The notes below the pieces were generated by a model that was given only the letters and a program-made list of their open reading frames with translations, was not told the origin of the DNA and searched no databases. DNA of 11,578 bases from an uncultured Bacilli bacterium (GTDB lineage: Bacteria; Bacillota_I; Bacilli_A; RF39; UBA660): positions 1 through 11,578 of the forward strand of contig CANQJD010000054.1 of NCBI GenBank assembly GCA_947624175.1. The letters run 5' to 3'. The position numbers and the translations under genes were made by a program. Shown here piece by piece: positions 1 to 6,208 of the stretch; positions within the stretch are counted from its first letter, which is position 1, and each line of letters begins with the position of its first letter.

Positions 1-27
1 CAAAAAAATCAACCCGAACGGATTGAT
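1..27 (-). terminator. Rho-independent terminator ending the minus-strand tRNA operon
   Basis: Read on the minus strand, a stem AUCAAUCCG/CGGGUUGAU (one G-U pair) from +8-27 is followed by U7 (the A-run at +2-8). On the + strand the same stem has a C-A mismatch, so it is strand-specific. It lies directly 3' of tRNA-Gly. Confidence 0.5.
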
Positions 28-71
28 TATATGTTAAGTTCAAACTATAAAAGTTCGAACAGAAACGTCAC

Positions 72-146
72 TGGAGCAGCTGACGGGAATCGAACCCGCG
101 TCCTAGCCTTGGCAAGGCCATATTCGAGCCACTAAACTACAGCTGC
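72..146 (-). tRNA. tRNA-Gly (anticodon GCC), 75 nt with encoded CCA
   Basis: The reverse complement folds as a cloverleaf. Acceptor GCAGCTG/CAGCTGC, anticodon arm TGGCC-TTGCCAA-GGCTA (GCC), T-arm GCGGG-TTCGATT-CCCGT, 3' CCA. Confidence 0.9.
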
Positions 147-148
147 AT

Positions 149-222
149 TGGAGGGGCCAGTCGGATTTGAACCAACGATCAAGGAGTTGCAGTCCACTGC
201 CTTACCACTTGGCTATGACCCC
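149..222 (-). tRNA. tRNA-Cys (anticodon GCA), 74 nt with encoded CCA
   Basis: The reverse complement reads GGGGTCA TA GCCAAGTGGTAAGGC ... CTGCAAC ... GTTGG TTCAAAT CCGAC TGGCCCC T CCA. The D and T arms closely resemble the Bacillus-type tRNA-Cys. It is separated from tRNA-Gly by only 2 nt, so the two are co-transcribed. Confidence 0.9.
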
Positions 223-228
223 ATGCAC

Positions 229-264
229 TTAAGATTATAACAAACAATTAAAAGAAAATCAACT
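229..264. repeat. Left copy of an imperfect direct repeat flanking the accessory segment. It coincides with the tRNA promoter.
   Basis: Block ttaagattataacaaa (229-244) matches ttaagaattataacaaa (7561-7577) with one indel. Block aaaatcaact (255-264) equals 7588-7597. The 10-nt spacer between the blocks is unrelated. Weaker similarity continues to about 218 vs 7549. Confidence 0.45.
234..262 (-). promoter_or_regulatory. Sigma-70-type promoter of the tRNA-Cys/tRNA-Gly operon
   Basis: On the minus strand, -35 TTGATT (+262-257), a 17-nt spacer, and an extended -10 TGtTATAAT (+242-234). The predicted start is ~5 nt upstream of the tRNA-Cys 5' end (222). Confidence 0.5.
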
Positions 265-322
265 GAAATTTTTTATTTTGTACAAAATATTATATTCTAA
301 AAAATAAAAACTGATAAAATAA

Positions 323-351
323 TTGACATTAAAAATTTATCAGTTTTGATT
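323..351 (+). promoter_or_regulatory. Possible outward promoter reading into the recombinase cassette
   Basis: Perfect TTGACA (323-328), a 17-nt spacer, and a weak -10 TTGATT (346-351). The -35 is flanked by a 6-bp inverted repeat CTGATA (311-316) / TATCAG (339-344). AT-rich context makes chance matches likely. Confidence 0.2.
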
Positions 352-363
352 CAAAAAAAATAT

Positions 364-384
364 AGTCGTAGAATAAATAATTCT
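364..384. repeat. Left 21-bp inverted repeat (IR-L) AGTCGTAGAATAAATAATTCT
   Basis: It is the perfect reverse complement of 1483-1503. It contains an internal dyad AGAAT-AAATA-ATTCT, as expected for a recombinase core site. Confidence 0.85.
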
Positions 385-530
385 TTGACTTCTTTCTTTT
401 AGATTATAACATATAAATTGAATTTTGTTAATAATTTTTATAAATTTTTGTCGAAAAATATTTTATATATTGGAATTTAACAAAAAAATATAAGTAATCC
501 TTGTAAAATAAAGGATTGGAGGTGAAAAAT

Positions 531-1478
531 ATGTTTCATTCTAATAATATGCAAAAGAAAAAAATTTTATTTGATGAAATATTAAAACAATGGTTGAATT
601 CAAAAAAAAATATAAAAATCCAAACATATCAAAAATATGAAAACTTAATTAGACTTAATCTCAATAATAATTTAGGTAAAATTACAATATCTGAAATAAA
701 ACAATTAGATATTGTTAATTTCTTTGAAGATTTAACAAAGAAATGTGTTTCTATTTCTACCCAAAAAACTTTGTTTTATATTATAAATTCAGCTTTAAAA
801 TTTGCATATCAAAATAAGTATTGCAAATATATTGATTTAAAAATTATAAAATTTAAATCTTCTATACCAAAAATTCAAGTCTTTTCTAGAGAAATCCAAC
901 AAAAACTTGAAGAAGAATTAAAAAAGAATTTAAATATTCGAAAAGTTTGTTTGCTACTTTGTCTTTATACAGGACTTAGAATTGGAGAAATATGTGGTTT
1001 AAAATGGGAAGATATTGATTTTGATAATAAATCTATACATATAAAAAGAACTATTGAAAGAATCAAAAATGCTAATAAAGAAAGTACTTCTAAAACAATT
1101 TTAATTGAAAGTACTCCTAAAAGTATTACTTCAGAAAGAATTATTCCAATACCTGATTTTTTAATAGAATACTTAAAGAAATATCAAAATTCTGATAATT
1201 ATTATATTTTATCCAATGACGAAACTTTATATGATACAAGACAATTTGAAGCCTTTTATGCTAGGACTTTAAAGAAAATTGGTATTGATCATGTAAATTT
1301 TCATACTTTAAGACATACTTTTGCAACTAGATCAATTGAAGCAAAAATGGATATAAAAACTTTAAGTGAAATATTAGGACATTCATCGATTGAAATAACT
1401 TTAAAACTATATGTTCATCCATCATATGAACTAAAAAAGCAATCAATTGAAAGTTTAGTTAAGTTTATGGCTAATTAA
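531..1478 (+). CDS. Tyrosine site-specific recombinase (phage-integrase family)
   Basis: 315 aa from ATG 531, with an RBS GGAGGTG at 518-524. The ORF track begins at an upstream TTG at 516. The N-terminal core-binding region is Lys-rich. Catalytic signature: GLRIGE (Arg), HTLRHTFAT (His-x-x-Arg), LGHSSIEITLKLYVH with the nucleophile Tyr codon at 1410-1412. Confidence 0.9.
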   Translation: MFHSNNMQKKKILFDEILKQWLNSKKNIKIQTYQKYENLIRLNLNNNLGKITISEIKQLDIVNFFEDLTKKCVSISTQKTLFYIINSALKFAYQNKYCKYIDLKIIKFKSSIPKIQVFSREIQQKLEEELKKNLNIRKVCLLLCLYTGLRIGEICGLKWEDIDFDNKSIHIKRTIERIKNANKESTSKTILIESTPKSITSERIIPIPDFLIEYLKKYQNSDNYYILSNDETLYDTRQFEAFYARTLKKIGIDHVNFHTLRHTFATRSIEAKMDIKTLSEILGHSSIEITLKLYVHPSYELKKQSIESLVKFMAN

Positions 1479-1482
1479 TCAT

Positions 1483-1503
1483 AGAATTATTTATTCTACG
1501 ACT
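1483..1503. repeat. Right 21-bp inverted repeat (IR-R) AGAATTATTTATTCTACGACT
   Basis: Perfect reverse complement of 364-384. It starts 5 nt after the recombinase stop and ends 4 nt before the RBS of the downstream ATPase gene. Confidence 0.85.
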
Positions 1504-1520
1504 GCTAAGAGGTATTGATA

Positions 1521-4175
1521 ATGGATAGTTGTATTTTAAGTGAACTTAACGATGGATACATTGGAATAGATATTTTAGAAATATCTTCAATTCCAGATAT
1601 ATCAATTTTAGGAAACATTAAAGAAGATGACTGTGTAAATAATATTAAAAAGAGTTTTGAAAAACTTTTAAGTGAGTTTTATATCTCATCTATTGAAAGA
1701 GAAAACATTGATTATGAAAATCAGGATTATTCCTTGAGTTTACTTTTTAAGTCTAATGAAATTAGTAATCAAACCTATAAAGCTAACGTTAGTATTTATA
1801 TAGTTATAAGAGGTTTATCAAACGATAAAAATTATTTAATCCATAAAATACAAGAAATAAAAGATGCTATTAAACTTAATTTAAGTTTTTCGAAATATAC
1901 AACTAAAGAAGTAAGTTCTAAAGAAACATTACTAAACGATTTAAAAAATATGTTACAAACGGAAAAAAGATTAATTATTAAAGAAACTAAAAATCAAAAT
2001 CTTCAAAATGCATATTTACCAAGCATTTTAACATTTGATTTATTTCCTAAAAAATCAACTAATTTTACAAAAATTATTAATACTTTAATGGAATTTCCAA
2101 ATGCGTTAATTATTTTTGATTTAATTCCGACTAAATTAAATAATAAAGAAAAAGAAAATTTAAATTATACTTTAAATACTATTTCACTTTTAAAAAATGA
2201 ATATGAAAGAAATCAAAGTAACTTTTCAATGATATTACCAGATAAAAATATCTTTGCCTACAATTACTATGAAGAAAACCAAGATAATATGCTTTTTGCT
2301 TATAATATAGTAGTTGCATCTTTATACAATGCTAATAATATAAGCAATAATTTAATTAGTGAATTATCTTTAGGAGAAAAAGAGGAATTTATTAATTTAA
2401 AAAGTGTTCCATTATCAAATGATGAAGTAGATATAGAAACTTATTTTGATACCTTATCTTGGGTTATAAATGAAATAGTCTTAGATAAATTTAATTCTAA
2501 TAATGAATTAAGGAGATTACCATTTATTATTACATTGGGGGAAGCTAGTGAGTTTTTTAGATTACCATATGGTGATAATCATTTAACAGCAGGAATTAAT
2601 ATAAGTAAAGTAGATATAAACCAAAAAGAATATAATAAAAAAGTTATTGATAATGGAGATATAATGGTGGGATCCTTAAAGAACTCCAATAATAATAAAA
2701 TTGGATTTACTTTAAATGATTTAACCAAACATATGCTTATTGTTGGAACTCCTGGTAGTGGTAAAACAACATTTTCAGTTAGTTTGCTTGATAGAATTTG
2801 GAAAGATTTTAAAATACCATTTTTGGTTATTGAACCAGCTAAGAATGAATATAGAGCTATGATAGATAGTATTCCTGATATTCAAGTATTTACACCAGGA
2901 AAAGATTTTATTTCACCTTATATAATAAATCCATTTATTCCACCTAAAGGAGTAAAGTTACAAAGTTATAAAACCGTTTTAAAAACTGCCTTTGGAGCAG
3001 CTATTCAACTTACAACTCCACTTGATAAAATATTTGAAGATACACTGGATGAGTGCTATTCAAGAGCTGGCTGGTTACCTTTTCATACTATCGAAGATGA
3101 ACATGAAATATTTACAATGGATGATTTTTTAAAAACATTTATGGAAGTATTTGAAAGAATTGGTTATAAAGGTGAAGCATCCAATATTGGAAAAGCAGGA
3201 TATGTAAGATTTAAAAGTCTTCTTAGAGTCTTTGGTTCATATAATACAATTCCAATTGAGGATATTCTAACGAGACCAACAATTATAGAATTAGCAGCTA
3301 TTGAAAATGAAGAGCAAAAATCCTTAATTATTGCTTTACTATTATTAAATATTCAGTCCTATGTAAATGCCAATTATGTCGGAGATGGCGAGATGCGTAA
3401 CTTACTACTTTTAGAAGAAGCTCATGTATTACTTGCATCATCTAATTCAAGTTTTGATAGTGAAAGTCCAAGTATGGTTGCTAAAAAGTTACTTACAAGA
3501 ATGCTTGCTGAGATTCGAAGTTTAGGAGTTGGAATTGTAATAGCCGATCAAAGTCCAGAAAAAGTTACTACCGATATTGTTAAACTTACAAATATTAAAC
3601 TAGCTTTTAACTTAGTTGAGAAGAACGACCGTCAAATTCTTGGCGACTCCACAGATATGAAAGAAAATCAAGTTAATGCCCTTGCTAAGTTAAGACCAGG
3701 AGAAGCATATTTTTATATGAATGGTTTAAATGAGCCAGAAGAAGTTATAACAGAAGATTATCGAAAGAAAGTTCATATTAGAACTACTATATCAGATGCT
3801 GAGATTGCTGATAAAACTACATATTGGTTAACAAGACAAGATAAATTATTACCTCATCGAGAATGTAATTTTATTAATTGTAAAAATACTTTCTGTGACT
3901 ATAAAATAAAAGAAGAAGCAACAGAGTATGCTAGAAGAATTTATGCCAAATATTTTAATCAAGATAGTGATAATAAAGATAAATTAAAAGAAGTATATAA
4001 AAATATTTTAAAAGAAGTAGAAGAATATAAAAAAGGTTCGATTGATGATAAATTATTAACTTGTGTTAAAGTTCATTTTTTAAGATATATCTATTATGAA
4101 ACGAAAATCTTATTTTCTTTAAAAGGAATGGAAAATACTTTAAAAAATGAATTAAATATGGAAGGTGGTGATTAA
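1521..4175 (+). CDS. Large P-loop ATPase of the FtsK/HerA/VirB4 (DUF87-like) superfamily with an unrecognised ~400-aa N-terminal region
   Basis: Likely start ATG 1521 with RBS AAGAGG at 1507-1512. The ORF track starts at TTG 1515. Walker A GTPGSGKTT (2745-2771). Walker B variant LLLLEEAH (3402-3425). An RSLGVGIVIADQSPE box (3525-3569) resembles the Arg-finger/ATQ-P motif of FtsK/HerA/VirB4 ATPases. C-terminal H-x2-C-x4-C-x4-C cluster (3855-3896). Confidence 0.8.
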   Translation: MDSCILSELNDGYIGIDILEISSIPDISILGNIKEDDCVNNIKKSFEKLLSEFYISSIERENIDYENQDYSLSLLFKSNEISNQTYKANVSIYIVIRGLSNDKNYLIHKIQEIKDAIKLNLSFSKYTTKEVSSKETLLNDLKNMLQTEKRLIIKETKNQNLQNAYLPSILTFDLFPKKSTNFTKIINTLMEFPNALIIFDLIPTKLNNKEKENLNYTLNTISLLKNEYERNQSNFSMILPDKNIFAYNYYEENQDNMLFAYNIVVASLYNANNISNNLISELSLGEKEEFINLKSVPLSNDEVDIETYFDTLSWVINEIVLDKFNSNNELRRLPFIITLGEASEFFRLPYGDNHLTAGINISKVDINQKEYNKKVIDNGDIMVGSLKNSNNNKIGFTLNDLTKHMLIVGTPGSGKTTFSVSLLDRIWKDFKIPFLVIEPAKNEYRAMIDSIPDIQVFTPGKDFISPYIINPFIPPKGVKLQSYKTVLKTAFGAAIQLTTPLDKIFEDTLDECYSRAGWLPFHTIEDEHEIFTMDDFLKTFMEVFERIGYKGEASNIGKAGYVRFKSLLRVFGSYNTIPIEDILTRPTIIELAAIENEEQKSLIIALLLLNIQSYVNANYVGDGEMRNLLLLEEAHVLLASSNSSFDSESPSMVAKKLLTRMLAEIRSLGVGIVIADQSPEKVTTDIVKLTNIKLAFNLVEKNDRQILGDSTDMKENQVNALAKLRPGEAYFYMNGLNEPEEVITEDYRKKVHIRTTISDAEIADKTTYWLTRQDKLLPHRECNFINCKNTFCDYKIKEEATEYARRIYAKYFNQDSDNKDKLKEVYKNILKEVEEYKKGSIDDKLLTCVKVHFLRYIYYETKILFSLKGMENTLKNELNMEGGD

Positions 4176-4397
4176 ATGAACGAATGGAGTGATAGGGATG
4201 AATTTTTAGCAGGTTTAAGAGAGAAAACAAATGATCTTGAAGATATGTCTGAAGAACAATTAAAGAAAATTGCTAATGAAGATTTAAATGATAAAAAAAG
4301 CAAAGATACTGATGATAGTAGTGATGACATGGAAAATGATATTGATGCTAAAACCCCTAAAAAACCAATAAAAGAAGAGGATGAGCCAATTATATAA
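4176..4397 (+). CDS. Small (73 aa) highly acidic protein, translationally coupled to the ATPase
   Basis: The ATG directly abuts the ATPase TAA stop (4173-4175). An SD AAGGTGG lies inside the end of the upstream gene. About 26 of 73 residues are Asp or Glu, with Lys-rich patches. No motif was recognised. Confidence 0.6.
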   Translation: MNEWSDRDEFLAGLREKTNDLEDMSEEQLKKIANEDLNDKKSKDTDDSSDDMENDIDAKTPKKPIKEEDEPII

Positions 4398-4418
4398 TTT
4401 TATGGAGGTGAAGTAAAT

Positions 4419-5546
4419 ATGGAATTATATAGTGTTATCAAAAATGATAGACCAGGAAATGAATTAGTTTGGAAATCACCGAATGAAGATTTTAAAAACA
4501 ATACTCAATTAATTGTAATGGAAAGTGAAGAAGCCTTATTTGTTAAAGATGGTATTGTTGTATCAACATTTGAGGGTGGTAAATATACTTTAAATACTGA
4601 AAACTATCCATTTATTGAAAAATTAAAAAATGCCATGAGCGATGGAGTAAGTGCCTTTAATTGCAAAGTATATTTTGTTGATAAAACCCATAAAATGGAA
4701 CTATTTTGGGGAACTGATTCACCAATTCAAATTCGAGATTATGAATATGGATTTGCAGTTGGAGTTCGAGCTAGAGGTTCCTACAATATAGAAATTTCTG
4801 ATTCTAAAAAGTTTTTAATTAAATTAGTTGGTTTAAATACAGTTTCTTATACTGAAGAAAATGTCAGGGATCAATTTAGAACTTTTTTCCAATCAAAGAT
4901 AAAACTTGAAATAGCTACTGTTATGAAAAATTGTAAATATACAATTTTGGATATGAATACAGAGCTTGAAAATATTGCTAATTTAGTAGTTAACAGTTTA
5001 GCAGATAAGCTAGATGAATATGGAGTTAGATTAGTTGATTTTTATATTTCAGATATATCAATTCCTGAAGATGATCCTAATTATAGAATAATTAATGAAG
5101 CTTATGCTAAAGCCCATGTTGGAAAAATTGAAACTAAAGTCCAAGGTGATGATTGGGGTAGAATTGCTGCTAAAGAATTAATGAAAGATATTGCAAATAA
5201 TCCTAATTCAGGAGGAATGGCTAATACGGGAGCTGGAATTGGTATGGGACTTGGAGCAGCCGGAATGTTTGGTAATTTAGCTAACCAAATGTTTGCTCCT
5301 GCTAAAGAGACAATTACACCAGCACCTACTGAAAATAAAACTTCAAGATTTGCTCCTAAAAAGGAGTCTTCTGAAGAAAGCATCAAATGTCCAAATTGTG
5401 GAAATGACAATTCAAAAGGTAGTGCTTTTTGTTCAAAATGTGGTACTAAACTTGTAACTGAAAAATATATATGTAAAAATTGTGGCAAAGAATTACCTAA
5501 TGATGTAGTATTTTGTAGTCAATGTGGAACTAAGAGGGAAGGGTAA
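4419..5546 (+). CDS. SPFH/Band-7 family protein (Band_7_1, B. subtilis YdjI-like) with a Gly/Met/Ala-rich linker and two C-terminal zinc ribbons
   Basis: RBS GGAGGTG at 4404-4410. The N-terminus (LVWKSP...LIVMESEEALFVKDG...GGKYTLNTENYPF...KVYFVDKTHKMELFWGTDSPI...) fits the Band_7_1 pattern as I recall it. Low-complexity NPNSGGMANTGAGIGMGLGAAGMFGNLANQMF. Then CPNCG...CSKCG and CKNCG...CSQCG (about 5388-5530). Confidence 0.75.
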   Translation: MELYSVIKNDRPGNELVWKSPNEDFKNNTQLIVMESEEALFVKDGIVVSTFEGGKYTLNTENYPFIEKLKNAMSDGVSAFNCKVYFVDKTHKMELFWGTDSPIQIRDYEYGFAVGVRARGSYNIEISDSKKFLIKLVGLNTVSYTEENVRDQFRTFFQSKIKLEIATVMKNCKYTILDMNTELENIANLVVNSLADKLDEYGVRLVDFYISDISIPEDDPNYRIINEAYAKAHVGKIETKVQGDDWGRIAAKELMKDIANNPNSGGMANTGAGIGMGLGAAGMFGNLANQMFAPAKETITPAPTENKTSRFAPKKESSEESIKCPNCGNDNSKGSAFCSKCGTKLVTEKYICKNCGKELPNDVVFCSQCGTKREG

Positions 5547-5549
5547 TTT

Positions 5550-6197
5550 ATGAAAAATAATAATATTTTAAAGATAATTATTACAATTATTTTGTTAGCA
5601 ATTATTGATTCAATCGTTTTCTTAACAGTAAAAGAATTTGATGCAGCAAGAATTATAAATATTAGTATACTTAATTTAGTTGTAATTTGTTTACTTATAT
5701 TATCTTTTAAAAATAATGAAGGTAAATATAAATTTTTAGAATATTCTAAAATTACAATTATTGCAATATATACAATTATTACTTTTATATTAAGTATTAC
5801 ACTTATTGCAGTTAAAGCTAATTTAACTTTAACTTTAGTTTCTCAAATATTAGTAACAGGTATATCTTTAGTACTTATATTAACTAATCAAATGAGTGAT
5901 AATAATATAATTGAAAATACTACAAAAGTTAATGAAAAGGTAGATAATGTAAAAGTTATAAGTAATAAATTAAAAACTATCTTAAAATTAATAACAGATA
6001 GAGACTTATATAAAAAAGTTGAAAAAGTATATGATAATGCCAGAAGTTTAAAAGTTGATGTTAATAATAGTCAAGATATTGATAATGAAATTTTAACATT
6101 AATAGGAATGCTTGATAGAGAAATTAAAATGCAACATGATGTTACGGATCTTTTAAATAAAATAAATAATAAATTTATTGAAAGGAATAATTTATAG
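5550..6197 (+). CDS. Polytopic membrane protein (4 predicted transmembrane helices) with a C-terminal coiled-coil-like soluble region. YdjH-like.
   Basis: It starts 3 nt after the upstream stop. It has four hydrophobic stretches in the first ~110 aa and a charged, Lys/Asp-rich C-terminus. Confidence 0.65.
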   Translation: MKNNNILKIIITIILLAIIDSIVFLTVKEFDAARIINISILNLVVICLLILSFKNNEGKYKFLEYSKITIIAIYTIITFILSITLIAVKANLTLTLVSQILVTGISLVLILTNQMSDNNIIENTTKVNEKVDNVKVISNKLKTILKLITDRDLYKKVEKVYDNARSLKVDVNNSQDIDNEILTLIGMLDREIKMQHDVTDLLNKINNKFIERNNL

Positions 6198-6208
6198 GAG
6201 TGTGAAGT

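Noticed and set aside
1-71. Possible third, partial tRNA upstream of tRNA-Gly (it has a TTCGAAC-like segment)
   Set aside because: No cloverleaf can be folded. The region is better explained as the minus-strand hairpin plus U-tract terminator.
1483-1497. The internal dyad of IR-R (AGAAT-N5-ATTCT) acting as a terminator between the recombinase and the ATPase
   Set aside because: It has only a 5-bp AU-rich stem with no following U-tract. It is unlikely to terminate, so read-through is assumed.
516-1520. ORF-track start codons: TTG at 516, TTG at 1515 and ATG at 7698
   Set aside because: Downstream ATGs at 531, 1521 and 7761 have properly spaced Shine-Dalgarno sequences. For lon, the conserved N-terminus begins at 7761. 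The longer ORFs are over-extensions.
1521-4175. Reading the large ATPase as a VirB4/TraC conjugation ATPase, so that the segment would be an ICE remnant
   Set aside because: The window has no relaxase, coupling protein, VirB6/VirB8-like or peptidoglycan hydrolase genes, and the whole segment is about 7 kb. Kept only as an alternative to be excluded by profile search.
5102-5488. 128-aa ORF on the minus strand inside the SPFH gene
   Set aside because: It lies antisense to a locally GC-richer low-complexity region coding Gly/Ala/Met. It has no RBS, and its protein is Pro/Ala/Leu-rich low-complexity. It is a typical shadow ORF.
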